Positions 37,858 through 48,348 are shown, numbered from the stretch's first letter. The stretch: 64,000 nt of DNA from Candidatus Moraniibacteriota bacterium (GCA_016699385.1 CP064974.1:532466-596465), one strand, 5' to 3'. Notes: generated by a model from the letters alone, not told the origin. Made by a program: numbers and translations.

Positions 37858-38814
37858 TCAGATTCTTTCCGCAACGCGCAATTTTGCACTTCGTGCGCGC
37901 GGATTCCGAAGACATTCTTCGTTATGAGGCACAATCGCTCGCCTCGTAACAAGGCGAAGCCGCGCCTTCCTTCCGCACCGGCAGACCGGAAATTCCTTCG
38001 GACAGACACATCCCCTGGCGTCTTCCGCGAATATCCGCTTCACCGTCCGCTCCTCGCCGGAGTGGAACGAAAGCACCGCTATCCTGCCACCTTTTTTCAA
38101 AAGACCAATAGCATCTTTCAGAAACGTTTCGAGTGATTCTTGCTCTCGATTCACTGCCATGCGAAGTGCCTGAAACACTTTTGTTGCCGGATGAATCGAC
38201 GCGTGCCGATCCCGAGAAATATTTTTCACAAACTCCGCAAGCTCTATCGTCGTCTCAAACCGTCCCTCTCTACGGCGTCGAACAATCGCGCGCACTACTC
38301 TCTCCGCATCCCGAACATCGCCGTATTCACGAAATATTCGAGACAACTCCCGGTCATCCCAGCTATTCACGATATCGCCAGCCGTCTCACCACCATCGCG
38401 ATCAAATCGCATATCGAGTGGTCCTTCCCGAAGAAGGGAGAATCCGCGCTGAGCATCTTCTAGCTGATCCGATGAAAGCCCGAGATCGGCAAACACCGCC
38501 GATACTTGAGAGACACCTCGCTCTCGGAGCGCCTCCCCGATATCCGAGAACTTCCTATAAATGAACTCGATCCGACCATTTCGCATCAAATCGGTATATT
38601 CCGCATCTCGATCAAGACGAGAACGAAATCGCTCAATTGCCTCTCCATCTTGATCACAAGCAAAGAGCGTGCCGTTCGGAAGAATCTTCTCCAGAACGAG
38701 GAGGGCGTGCCCGCCTCCCCCCAGAGTGGCGTCCACAACCGTATCTCCTTCATGCACCTTCAACCCCTCAAGCACTTCCTTCGGCATCACTGGAATATGA
38801 ATCGTTTCAGACAT
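37858..38814 (-). CDS. rsmH: 16S rRNA (cytosine1402-N4)-methyltransferase
   Basis: HIPVMPKEVLEGL...VVDATLGGGGHA (SAM-binding) and other RsmH/MraW family blocks. Confidence 0.9.
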   Translation of the reverse strand: MSETIHIPVMPKEVLEGLKVHEGDTVVDATLGGGGHALLVLEKILPNGTLFACDQDGEAIERFRSRLDRDAEYTDLMRNGRIEFIYRKFSDIGEALRERGVSQVSAVFADLGLSSDQLEDAQRGFSLLREGPLDMRFDRDGGETAGDIVNSWDDRELSRIFREYGDVRDAERVVRAIVRRRREGRFETTIELAEFVKNISRDRHASIHPATKVFQALRMAVNREQESLETFLKDAIGLLKKGGRIAVLSFHSGEERTVKRIFAEDARGCVCPKEFPVCRCGRKARLRLVTRRAIVPHNEECLRNPRARSAKLRVAERI

Positions 38815-38858
38815 AACAGAAATCAGGGATTCAACGGAAAATGATATTTTGAAATTCT

Positions 38859-39293
38859 CTAGTACGCTCCCATCTTCCCCAATTCTTCTGCGATACGCTC
38901 CGAATTACTTTCTGCCTCCGTTTTGTAGTGTTTCCATTTCGATTCATCCCATACCTCGAGTCGATTCCAGAGTCCGGCGACGATCACGTCTTTTGAGAGT
39001 CCTGCATATTCCCTGAGATAGTCTGGTATCAGTATGCGCCCCTGGCTATCCACTTCCGTATCGACCGCTCCCGCGAGCATGAGTCGCACAAAGCTTCGCG
39101 TCCCCGCTTCCCCAATTGGCATCGAACCCAACTTCTCAGCAAGCGTTTCCCACGTTTTGACCGGATAGACAAAGAGACACTGATCAAGTCCGCGCGTCAC
39201 GACAATCCGCCCCCCAAGTTCGCTCCGCACCTTCGAAGGAAGAGAGAGTCGTTTCTTCGCATCAATACTGTGGGTATATTCGCCGATGAACAT
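38859..39293 (-). CDS. mraZ: transcriptional regulator MraZ
   Basis: MFIGEYTHSIDAKKRLSLPSKVR and the second DxxxR-containing repeat, at the head of the dcw cluster. Confidence 0.85.
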   Translation of the reverse strand: MFIGEYTHSIDAKKRLSLPSKVRSELGGRIVVTRGLDQCLFVYPVKTWETLAEKLGSMPIGEAGTRSFVRLMLAGAVDTEVDSQGRILIPDYLREYAGLSKDVIVAGLWNRLEVWDESKWKHYKTEAESNSERIAEELGKMGAY

Positions 39294-39346
39294 GCTCGTT
39301 TTTTCAAAACTTCCCACTCTTCCCCACTTCACTACACTTTGCCCTC

Positions 39347-39376
39347 ATTCTATTCCACTCACCTCCAGAGTGTCAA
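39347..39376 (-). promoter_or_regulatory. mraZ promoter (TTGACA-18-TAGAAT)
   Basis: Minus-sense TTGACA (39371-39376), an 18-nt spacer, TAGAAT (39347-39352). Direct repeats GTGGG-N5-GTGGG-N5-GTAG follow at 39312-39336 with 10-nt periodicity, a candidate MraZ operator. Confidence 0.5.
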
Positions 39377-39619
39377 GCTCCCCACAGAAGAAAACCGCCA
39401 CTTCCACTCATTTTTCACTCCACGGCAAGAAAATAATTCGTCAGTACTCAACCAAACCCATAAAAAAACGAGACGATTCCGCATCGTCCCGCTCTTTTTA
39501 TAAAAATGGGTCTTCTTCTGAATTCCATTTTCTTCCCCTCAGAACCCACCAAAGAAGGAGAGGAAAAGATATGCTTCTCGCACTGTTTTTCCTGAAAAAC
39601 AGTGTTTCTCAACAAATTC

Positions 39620-41041
39620 TCACATCTCTTCCACAATTTTAAGAAGAAGTCGCACAGGCGCGCCCGCCGCACCTTTGGCAAGGAATTCTCCTTCAATTGC
39701 CGTCATGCGAGGCGCCATGTCGATATGCGCCCAGCGATAACCGGTCGCAAACTGCGCAAGAAATGCTGCCGCCGTAATCGCTCCACCCCACTTCGTCCGC
39801 CCAAGATTCGCCACGTCACCAAATGTCCCCCTTATCTCCTCGTCGTATTCTTCCCACAGAGGCATCGGCCACACATAGTCTCCGGATGTCTCGCCAAATT
39901 CCCGGAGTTTCATTTCAAGCTCCTGATCGCGCGTAAAAACCGCCGATGCGCGTTCACCCAAGGCAACAAGCGCCGCGCCAGTCAATGTTGCCACATCGAT
40001 AACCAAGGATGGCTTATATCGCTTTGCATAATGAAGCGCATCAGCAAGAATAATGCGCCCCTCAGCATCGGTATTCAACACTTCGATAGTCTTGCCACTC
40101 ATCGAACGAAGAATATCTCCCGGTCGATAACTCGATCCCGACGGCATATTCTCAACTGCCGGAACCAATGCGACGATGTTCTTCCGAATACCCAGACGCG
40201 CCGCAAGTGCCAGCGAGTGGATAACTGCCGCGCCACCGGACATATCCATATTCATCCCCAATATAGATTCCGACGGCTTGAGATTGATACCACCCGTATC
40301 AAATGTGACTCCCTTCCCGACAAGTACTATAGGCGCTTCAGTTTTTTTGCCACCGCGATACTCCATGATGATAAACTTCGCCGGCACATCCGATCCTTTC
40401 CCAACGCCAAGTACACCACCCATTTTGAGTCGCACCATATCCTTCTCTTCCAAAATCTTTACCACAATGCCTTTTCCCTTTGCCACACGACGCGCCTCAT
40501 CAGCGAGCGTCTGCGGAGTCACATCACCACCAGGGAGATTAGCAAGTCGCCGGCAAGCATTCACCTCTTCCCCAATTATTGTGCCGCGAACAATGCTCTC
40601 TTGAAATGATTTCGACGCACCGACAATCGACACCTGCTCTACAAATGCAAAGCCCTCTTCCGGCTCAGTGAGAAATTCCGTAAACTGAAAATTCGCCATC
40701 TCCATATTCGTCGCGATCAGCTCTCCCAAGTCACGGTCGGAAATATCAAGGTGAAGAAAGTAAAAGTCCGCTGCAGAAAACACAACCCGCTTTGCATGCC
40801 TTGCCTTTGCAAGCATCACTCCCTTCCGCACCAAGAGCACAAGCTTCCGCCGGGTCATTTTTTCCGGCTCCGCGACACCCAGGAGAATATCCACTCGCCC
40901 CTCTCCACTCTGCACCACATCATCTTCTTTGGCAGACACCACACAGATGCGCACGACACCATCCACCAAACTCTCCTGTTTCGGAAATGAATACTTCATA
41001 AAAATATCGTTAGTACCAAAAAGAAAACCGTGAATATTCAC
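39620..41041 (-). CDS. pepA: leucyl aminopeptidase (M17 family)
   Basis: NTDAEGRIILADAL (M17 signature NTDAEGRL) and metal-ligand residues. Confidence 0.9.
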   Translation of the reverse strand: MNIHGFLFGTNDIFMKYSFPKQESLVDGVVRICVVSAKEDDVVQSGEGRVDILLGVAEPEKMTRRKLVLLVRKGVMLAKARHAKRVVFSAADFYFLHLDISDRDLGELIATNMEMANFQFTEFLTEPEEGFAFVEQVSIVGASKSFQESIVRGTIIGEEVNACRRLANLPGGDVTPQTLADEARRVAKGKGIVVKILEEKDMVRLKMGGVLGVGKGSDVPAKFIIMEYRGGKKTEAPIVLVGKGVTFDTGGINLKPSESILGMNMDMSGGAAVIHSLALAARLGIRKNIVALVPAVENMPSGSSYRPGDILRSMSGKTIEVLNTDAEGRIILADALHYAKRYKPSLVIDVATLTGAALVALGERASAVFTRDQELEMKLREFGETSGDYVWPMPLWEEYDEEIRGTFGDVANLGRTKWGGAITAAAFLAQFATGYRWAHIDMAPRMTAIEGEFLAKGAAGAPVRLLLKIVEEM

Positions 41042-41113
41042 AGTACCAAAAAGAAAGCAATTTTAAAAGCCCCGAGGATTACTCAGAGCTTTTTACATTC
41101 GCGACCTTTTAGG

Positions 41114-41491
41114 TCATTTTCTTGTTCTCATTTCTTTCGGCTGAGGTGCCGGAGAAGATGTAACAGAGGCAATTATTTCTCGAAATAGGTTCTTCTGCCA
41201 CTCTGGTAAACCACTCTCTTCGAGAGCTCGACGAAACATCCTTAGCCAAACACATGGGCGAGCAATACCGCCCAAAAACCGACTCACTCCATCTCGATCA
41301 TACTCAGTAGAGTGCTGCTCATAGGCAACAAGGAACTGCCCATCTTTCTTTGGAACTGAGGACAAAAGAATATTTACTTTGTCAATTTTAATTCTTATAG
41401 CAACCGGCTGCATTTGAGTCCCTCCGCCCATTAATTGGATTAAGGTTAAAAAAAACGTGGTAAAGAACTCCCTTCTTTCTATTCTCCTCAA
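41114..41491 (-). CDS. hypothetical protein
   Basis: ORF only. The likely start is at the internal MGGGTQMQP. Confidence 0.35.
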   Translation of the reverse strand: MRRIERREFFTTFFLTLIQLMGGGTQMQPVAIRIKIDKVNILLSSVPKKDGQFLVAYEQHSTEYDRDGVSRFLGGIARPCVWLRMFRRALEESGLPEWQKNLFREIIASVTSSPAPQPKEMRTRK

Positions 41492-41521
41492 TATGAATTC
41501 TCCCTCAAAATGAGGAAAATG

Positions 41522-42781
41522 TCAATACTTTTTGCCATTGATGCGGATATAGCACTTCCCACGAAGTCGTTCTGGGAAATATTCCTGCTCGGCGTCTTCG
41601 GGAGTGTTGAAGTCAGGCGTATACTTGTAATCCTTTCCATATGCCAAATCTTTCATGAGTTTCGTCGGCGCATTGCGCAAATGAAGTGGCACTGGCTCAC
41701 GAGGAAAATTCTGTGCATCATCGCGCGCCTTCTCATATCCCACATAGAGTGCATTGCTTTTCTTGGAAAGCGCAAGATAGACGACTGTTTGCGCGAGATT
41801 CACGGCACACTCCGGCATACCGATCATCCGACACGCTTCAAATGCCGCAACCGCCTGCGGAAGCGCCTGAGAATTGGCGATACCGACGTCTTCAGACGCG
41901 AAGCGCACGAGTCGCCGAGCAACATAGAGCGGATCCTCACCCGCTTCGAGCATTCGCGCAAGCCAGTACAAACTCGCATTCGCATCATTGCCACGCATCG
42001 ATTTGTGCAGTGCGGAAATGATATGATAGTGCTCCTCGCCATCCTTGTCATAGGCAAAGTGCGGACGACTCGCAATCGCACGAATCCGCGCTGTATCAAC
42101 TGCTCCCGACGATGATGCGGCAGCCTCCAACAAATTGAGCGCCGCTCGCGCATCACCACCCGAAACATTCGCAATCGTCTGGAGAGCATCATCTCCAATC
42201 ATTACTTGGCGCGCGCCAAGTCCACATTCCACATCGCCAAGCGCGCGACGCAAAACATCCACGATGTGTTCCATACCCAGTGCCGCAAGCACCACCACCT
42301 GCACTCTCGAGAGAAGTGCGGCATTCACTTCGAAGCTCGGATTCTCCGTCGTCGCGCCAATGAGCGTAATCGTCCCGCGCTCCACATGCGGCAAGAGCGC
42401 ATCCTGTTGACTCTTGTTCCATCGATGCACTTCATCGACAAAGAGAATCGTTTTGCCTCCCGAACGCTTTCGCTCCTCTGCAGACAAGAACACCGCACGC
42501 AATTCCTTGACACCACTCCCCACTGCAGAAAGTTGCACAAACTCCGCATCAAATTCTCTCGCCAAGAGAAGAGCAAGCGTCGTCTTACCTGAACCGGGCG
42601 GACCCCACAAGATAAGTGAAGGGAGTGCTCGTCGCCCGATTGCCGAGCGGAGCAATGTCCCCTCGCCAAGCACCGCCTCTTGCCCAACAATATCCGCAAG
42701 CACCCGCGGCCGCATCCGATCTGCGAGCGGTATAGATGTATCGTGAGATTTCAGAGACTCGCTCATGTTTTTTGAAACCAT
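41522..42781 (-). CDS. rarA: replication-associated recombination protein A (AAA+ ATPase RarA/MgsA)
   Basis: LILWGPPGSGKTTLA Walker A, ILFVDEVHRWNKSQQDALLP Walker B/sensor, TTENPSFEVNAALLSR. Confidence 0.9.
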   Translation of the reverse strand: MVSKNMSESLKSHDTSIPLADRMRPRVLADIVGQEAVLGEGTLLRSAIGRRALPSLILWGPPGSGKTTLALLLAREFDAEFVQLSAVGSGVKELRAVFLSAEERKRSGGKTILFVDEVHRWNKSQQDALLPHVERGTITLIGATTENPSFEVNAALLSRVQVVVLAALGMEHIVDVLRRALGDVECGLGARQVMIGDDALQTIANVSGGDARAALNLLEAAASSSGAVDTARIRAIASRPHFAYDKDGEEHYHIISALHKSMRGNDANASLYWLARMLEAGEDPLYVARRLVRFASEDVGIANSQALPQAVAAFEACRMIGMPECAVNLAQTVVYLALSKKSNALYVGYEKARDDAQNFPREPVPLHLRNAPTKLMKDLAYGKDYKYTPDFNTPEDAEQEYFPERLRGKCYIRINGKKY

Positions 42782-42791
42782 ATCCTCATGC

Positions 42792-43409
42792 CTACAAACT
42801 CACAACTGATGACGGAATTTTCCTCGCTCCCTGCCGAAGCAATCTGCATTTTTCGCCTTCAATCCGCACAAGCGTCGAAGGCTCTCCAGAGAGTATCCCG
42901 CCATCAACGAAAAAATCTGCCGACCTTTCAAAATACCGCCGCGCTTCATCAATTGTTTTTGCCGGCTTCAAACCCTCCGGATTTGCCGACGGCGCGACAA
43001 CCGGTCCGGACTCACGAAGAAAATTCCGCAACTCGACGGAATCTGGAACACGAAACGCAAGCGTTTCTGTTCCTCGGTGAAGATACGAGAATCGCTCAGA
43101 GATATCTGGAAAAATAACACTCACTGCTCCCGGCCAGAAATTCTGCAGCATCAATTCAACCTGAGGAGAAAAAGAAACATCAAAGTACTCAACATCAACA
43201 AGTTGCTCAATAAGAACAATGCAAGGTTTTCGTTTATCTCGTCCACGCGCACGATAAAGCCGCTCGACAGCATGAGGAGATCGAGCTGATGCAACAAATC
43301 CATACAGCGTATCAGTCGGAAGAATACCGATATCGCCACGCGCAATCAAATGCGCAGCCTCCGAAAATGAAGCATTCATCATACGCGAAGTTCCAACATC
43401 ACCGGACAA
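42792..43409 (-). CDS. tsaC: L-threonylcarbamoyladenylate synthase (YrdC/TsaC)
   Basis: GDIGILPTDTLYGFVASA and the SANPEG region. Confidence 0.85.
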   Translation of the reverse strand: MSGDVGTSRMMNASFSEAAHLIARGDIGILPTDTLYGFVASARSPHAVERLYRARGRDKRKPCIVLIEQLVDVEYFDVSFSPQVELMLQNFWPGAVSVIFPDISERFSYLHRGTETLAFRVPDSVELRNFLRESGPVVAPSANPEGLKPAKTIDEARRYFERSADFFVDGGILSGEPSTLVRIEGEKCRLLRQGARKIPSSVVSL

Positions 43410-44161
43410 TGATCGGACCCAAGGACATCAGAGAGAATATTTGCATTCACAACTCGCTTCTGCAATTTCTCGTCGACAAAGAAATAATCCAAGCGCCAGC
43501 CGACATTTCGATCGCGCGCACGCGTCTTCATATCCCACCACGTATAGTATCCATTCCCTTCATGAAACATCCGAAATGTATCAATGAAACCACGTTCGAC
43601 AAGCTGATCAATCCACTCGCGCTCAACTGGCAAGAATCCAGATACACCAGCATTTTCCTTAGGACGAGCGAGGTCGTATTCAGTGTGCGCCGTATTCACA
43701 TCGCCACAGAAAATAACATTTTTCCCCAAGTCACGCAGTTCAAGCACATGCTGCAAAAATTCCCGATAAAATTCCAACTTATATCGCAGTCGCTCCTCGC
43801 CCGATCCGCCATTGGGGAAATAGATATTGAGAAGCGTAAAGGACGGATACTCGACTTCGATAATGCGACCTTCCTTCGAAAGGAGCGTCTTTCCAAAATC
43901 CGTCTTCACCTCAATAGGCGCCTCCTTCGAATACACCGCGACACCGCTATAACCTTTCTTCTCAGACGCCACATGCCAAAACGATTCGTATCCACGTGGC
44001 GTACGAAGCTTCTCAGACAACTGATCCGGATGCGAAACCTTCGTCTCCTGCACTAAGACAATATCGTATTCACCCTTCTCTATCCATTCGACAAATCCCT
44101 TCCGTTCCGCCGCCCGAATCCCGTTTACATTCCATGAAACAAGAGAGATAGTTTGCTTCAT
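43379..44161 (-). CDS. xth: exodeoxyribonuclease III (AP endonuclease)
   Basis: MKQTISLVSWNVNGIRA...VLVQETK, FCGDVNTAHTEYD, GSDHCPV. Confidence 0.9.
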   Translation of the reverse strand: MKQTISLVSWNVNGIRAAERKGFVEWIEKGEYDIVLVQETKVSHPDQLSEKLRTPRGYESFWHVASEKKGYSGVAVYSKEAPIEVKTDFGKTLLSKEGRIIEVEYPSFTLLNIYFPNGGSGEERLRYKLEFYREFLQHVLELRDLGKNVIFCGDVNTAHTEYDLARPKENAGVSGFLPVEREWIDQLVERGFIDTFRMFHEGNGYYTWWDMKTRARDRNVGWRLDYFFVDEKLQKRVVNANILSDVLGSDHCPVMLELRV

Positions 44162-44324
44162 ATGTTCTGAAGTGAGAAGTGAAAAATGAAAGGTAATGGT
44201 CAACTTCGCCCCTATCCTACCATGCCAAAAAGAAAAGAAAAAACGCCCCGGTTCAAATATTTTTATACATGAACTTGGGCGTTAACATGTGAAAGAGGGG
44301 TTTGAGACATCTTATTAACTTCTG

Positions 44325-44645
44325 TTAGTCCCAAGATGGTAAACGGTCAATCCCACCTTTCACCCACCGGAGTAGTGAGAAAAAACCGACTACTCCGAGA
44401 AAGAACAAGGAAATTCTCGGATTCTCGAAAGAGAAATTCACCAAAAACCCGATGAAAAAAATAAGGAGAAACAAAACTCCGAGAGCGCCAATCGCGCAAG
44501 CGATATCGGAAAAGAGATAGCTCCGTACCTCCACTTGCGAAACTTCATCGTCCGCAAGGGAGCCCGTTATTCCCTTCGATTCTTTAACCCTTGAAAGGGC
44601 AATCTTAAACGACAAGGACATCATAGTCAATCCCTCCACTTTCAT
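44325..44645 (-). CDS. hypothetical membrane protein
   Basis: ORF with two hydrophobic helices. No recognised family. Confidence 0.4.
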   Translation of the reverse strand: MKVEGLTMMSLSFKIALSRVKESKGITGSLADDEVSQVEVRSYLFSDIACAIGALGVLFLLIFFIGFLVNFSFENPRISLFFLGVVGFFSLLRWVKGGIDRLPSWD

Positions 44646-44723
44646 TGATAAATCGAGGTAATTATTCCCTCGAGGACTATCTCTCTTTTACCATAAAAAA
44701 TAGAATCAGTCAACACAAGTGTG

Positions 44724-45863
44724 TCACTTCTTATTAACAAGAGAATCAAGCTCTTTCCAACGACGTTTCTTTTCTTCGTACGGGACATCGTCCAGAAATT
44801 TTGACGCCGCCGTCCCCGGGCGTGGAGAGTACCGAGCGGTATAACTTTTCTCAAATCGAGCTCGCTTCGCAAGATCAAGTGTTGCCTCGAAGTCTTCGCG
44901 CGTTTCTCCTGGGAATCCCACGATAATATCCGTCGTAAAACGCGCCCCTGGAATACACTTGCGAATCCGATCAATCAATCCCAGGTATTCTTCTCGGGAA
45001 TACCAGCGATTCATCCGCTTCAAAACATCATCACTCCCCGACTGCACCGGCAGATGAAGCAGTCGATCGATATTTTCATTCCTCGCAATCACTGCGATGA
45101 GATCATCCGAAAAGTCCCACGGATTCGAGGAGACAAATGACACATTCGTAACGCCCGGAACCATCGCAACCTCCTCAAGCAATTGCGGGAAGAGCGTTGG
45201 AATCCGATGACGATTCAAATGCTTCACCATAGTCGGTTTCACCTCATCGCCATTTGGCAATCGAAACGATTCTGCCCTCCCACCCAGCGCGTCCATCAAA
45301 AGATCCGCGCCATAGGAATTGACATTTTGTCCGAGAAGCAAGATTTCATCTCGCCCGCATGCGACTGCCGCCCGCACTTCATCCACAATGTCTCCAAATG
45401 TTCGGGATCGTTCCCGCCCGCGCGAAAACGGAACAATGCAAAACGTGCAAAAATTATTACATCCGTTTGAAATAGGAATTGATGCAAGTCGTCCCATTGC
45501 ACGCTTCGGAGAATATTCAAAACCAACCTCTTCTAATGGCAAGAACTCCACATCCGGCAATCGCGCTCGAAGCGATTGCATCATCTTTCCCGACGGCTCG
45601 CGACTCGCCGCCCCAATAAGGCACCCGGTAATCACAAAGGCAAGATTTGGATTCTTTTCTTTGAGATGCGCGAGATTTCGGATCAGTCCAAACACTTTCT
45701 CCGCCGCCCTCTCACGAACAACGCAGGTATTGATTACAATTGTATCGGCGTCTTCTTCGGACTCTGCGGCTTCAAGTCCGCGTGATTCATAGAACGACGC
45801 AATCCGCTCACTGTCCGCAACATTTTGCTGACATCCAAAAGTTTTGAGAAAATATCGAGGCAT
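44724..45863 (-). CDS. radical SAM methylthiotransferase, MiaB/RimO family
   Basis: N-terminal MTTase domain (KTFGCQQNVADSE) and a radical SAM CNNFCTFC CxxxCxxC motif. At 379 aa the TRAM domain looks reduced. Confidence 0.85.
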   Translation of the reverse strand: MPRYFLKTFGCQQNVADSERIASFYESRGLEAAESEEDADTIVINTCVVRERAAEKVFGLIRNLAHLKEKNPNLAFVITGCLIGAASREPSGKMMQSLRARLPDVEFLPLEEVGFEYSPKRAMGRLASIPISNGCNNFCTFCIVPFSRGRERSRTFGDIVDEVRAAVACGRDEILLLGQNVNSYGADLLMDALGGRAESFRLPNGDEVKPTMVKHLNRHRIPTLFPQLLEEVAMVPGVTNVSFVSSNPWDFSDDLIAVIARNENIDRLLHLPVQSGSDDVLKRMNRWYSREEYLGLIDRIRKCIPGARFTTDIIVGFPGETREDFEATLDLAKRARFEKSYTARYSPRPGTAASKFLDDVPYEEKKRRWKELDSLVNKK

Positions 45864-45866
45864 AGT

Positions 45867-46922
45867 TTATTGTTTATTCCCCTCCACCACGAGCTGTCCG
45901 CAAGCGGCGGCAATATCATCCCCCATCGCCTTTCGCACCGTTGCCACGACACCCGATTGTTTGAGTTGCACAAGAAAGTCCGAGACTCGACTTTCTTCAC
46001 TCTCACGATGATCACTTGCTGTTTGATTGTACGGGATGAGATTTATTTTGACCTTGCCAACTCGACGAGAAAAGTCGATAAGTTTCTTTGCATCTTCCAC
46101 GCCATCATTCACACCACGGAGGAGAATGTATTCAAAGGTAAGGTGTCGTCGTCGCTCATCATGTTGTGCGAAATAGTCACTCGTCCACTGAGCCAAGTCA
46201 TCGAGAAACGAATCAAATGACGAGGGCATAAGACGCTTCCGCGTCGACGAATCAGCACTGTGAAGCGACACAGCAAGGCGAACCGGTAACCACAAAGGAT
46301 CCGCAAGGAGTCGCCGCATCGCCGGCAGAAGTCCCACCGTCGATACCGTAATCCTCGTTGTTCCGAGAGAGGTAGAAGCAAGTAATATGCGTACCGCCTC
46401 GCGCACCGAATCATAATTCGCCAGAGGTTCTCCCATTCCCATGAAGACTACATTCGAAATCAGTTTTGACTCCGCTTCCGAAGACACTTCTTCCTCGAGA
46501 ATATATAGCCAGAAACGAAACTGATCAATGATTTCATCCGTCGTGAGATTGCGCATCAAGCCCATACTCCCCGTCGCACAAAACGTGCACCCCATCGCAC
46601 ACCCCACCTGCGACGACACGCACACACTCCAGTGTCCGCGCGCATTCCGCATCAAGACCGTCTCGACTCGCGCGCCATCTATGCACTCAAGCACGGCCTT
46701 CTTCGTATCCCCACGCCGACTCTCCATAACTGCAACCGCTCGAACCGACATCCAAGGAATCTGCGCAGAGAGCTCATCCCGCATACTTTTCGAAAGCGTC
46801 GTCACACTCTCCCACCCTGTGAGAATAGGATTAAACAGCGCGCAAACAATTTGACGATACCGAAAAGACGGCTCGTGAGGGAAAAGTTGCTGAAAGAGAC
46901 TTTCTCGAGTTTTCAGTTCCAT
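45867..46922 (-). CDS. rlmN: 23S rRNA (adenine2503-C2)-methyltransferase RlmN (radical SAM)
   Basis: VSSQVGCAMGCTFCATG cluster, MGMGEPLAN, and the C-terminal Cys. Confidence 0.9.
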   Translation of the reverse strand: MELKTRESLFQQLFPHEPSFRYRQIVCALFNPILTGWESVTTLSKSMRDELSAQIPWMSVRAVAVMESRRGDTKKAVLECIDGARVETVLMRNARGHWSVCVSSQVGCAMGCTFCATGSMGLMRNLTTDEIIDQFRFWLYILEEEVSSEAESKLISNVVFMGMGEPLANYDSVREAVRILLASTSLGTTRITVSTVGLLPAMRRLLADPLWLPVRLAVSLHSADSSTRKRLMPSSFDSFLDDLAQWTSDYFAQHDERRRHLTFEYILLRGVNDGVEDAKKLIDFSRRVGKVKINLIPYNQTASDHRESEESRVSDFLVQLKQSGVVATVRKAMGDDIAAACGQLVVEGNKQ

Positions 46923-47157
46923 AGTTTCTCATACTAACCTATTCTTTCTTTTCGTCAAAATAAACCAAGATTCCGACAGAAATTATTGACAAAAACACAA
47001 ATTAGTACCATAATGCCCCCGCAAGGTAAGGAAAGTGCTGGTTATGATTCTTTGTATAGTTCACTGTCAAAATATATCTTAGAATCTCCAGTATCCTTCC
47101 CTGTTCGTTCAAAATTTTCTCAAGAAGTTTTCTCAAGAAAAAAGGGAGTACATACCA

Positions 47158-47813
47158 TGAATAACAGCGATTCCCTTCTACTTAAACAGAGAATTTTTCC
47201 AAGTATAGAGAAACAAGTTCTCACTTGGAATGAGCTGTTTCCAGGGATCGGAGATGTCGATAAACACACCTTGGAACGTCCTATCCCTGAGAAAACAATT
47301 CAGGTATGTTTTCCAAGAATGAGCTTTCTAGCTGAGGGTGGAGCGCAAATCTACGCCATCCTACGCATCAAGGAGGTGCTCGCTAAGCTTTGCAGAGAAA
47401 GTGGAATGCCCCTCCATGATGACTGCGATTTTTTCCATCCAGATACCCTCAAGAAAGAGGAAGGAAACATCAAAGACTTCGAGCGTCCTTTCGATTATCA
47501 AGGAAAGTCAAACCTCATTGTGACGTCTGTACAGTTCTGGTTGCTTCATCAAGAAGGCAATCGATTTCCAACCAATCAAATCCCAATGAGTGTTTCTCAT
47601 GCATCAGCACTCCTCTGCATAGTGCAAGGAGGGCCAAGGAAGCTTTGGGAAGGATGCAACCAAGACCATTGGTTTAGTTGTCCAGGAAGCCCCGCAGGCA
47701 GTGGCGGTATTCCCTGTTTCGATTTTTTCCAGGAGGCACTATGCCTGACACCTCTCGGCTATCTAGAAAAACCAAGAGAGATAGGCGGCGCCGCATCTCT
47801 CTTCATTAATTGA
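47158..47813 (+). CDS. hypothetical protein
   Basis: ATG at 47158 with the SD aaaagggag. The ORF-track start at 46986 is the TTG of the -35 box of a TTGACA-17-CATAAT promoter (46986-47014). No motif recognised. Confidence 0.5.
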
Positions 47814-47979
47814 AGGGAAAAATCATCAGAGAGACTATCTATCAAGATGGTCTCTTTTTCTTTATTTAACTTCATAGCCCCTTCCTCTTGATGGATGTGA
47901 AAAAGAGCTTCCTAATTGCGCAGCGAGAACAATGCGAAGAAATTACCGCTATCAAAATTCCCCTCCGATGCAGAGTTTC

Positions 47980-48285
47980 TCACTTCTTCAGACAAGGTGC
48001 GAAATCGCAGTAAGGAGCAACACGCTTCACTATCGAGCCGTCTGAACACACTTTCATATCCTTCGCACAACTGCCAGTTAGTGACGACTGAGTATCAAGC
48101 TGGTCCGGAGCGCTATTTACGCGATTTTCGATATGAAACGCTGGTGAATATTGCGCCATATCAATAATGTTCTGTGCGGTACGCAAGGTAAGGAGCGCAA
48201 CCAACACACTCAAGAGAAGAATAAGTACTATCGAAAGTGTACTCGAAATCCTCTGCCCCAATTCGAAGGAAATAGTAATGCGCGT
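47980..48285 (-). CDS. small membrane-anchored protein with 4-Cys C-terminal domain
   Basis: MTRITISF... with TM LSIVLILLLSVLVALLTL, then SCAKDMKVCSDGS...YCDFAPC. It lies directly downstream of lexA on the same strand. Confidence 0.45.
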   Translation of the reverse strand, partial: TRITISFELGQRISSTLSIVLILLLSVLVALLTLRTAQNIIDMAQYSPAFHIENRVNSAPDQLDTQSSLTGSCAKDMKVCSDGSIVKRVAPYCDFAPCLKK

Positions 48286-48348
48286 CATGAAAACAGTATA
48301 CCATGTTTCATGATGAAAACATGCGTTCTGTATATTCAATAACGCGTA

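Noticed and set aside
46986-47157. ORF-track start at 46986 (MTKTQ...) for the plus-strand hypothetical gene
   Set aside because: The 'M' is the TTG of a TTGACA -35 hexamer. A proper SD and ATG occur at 47158, and the intervening region looks like a 5' UTR with direct repeats.
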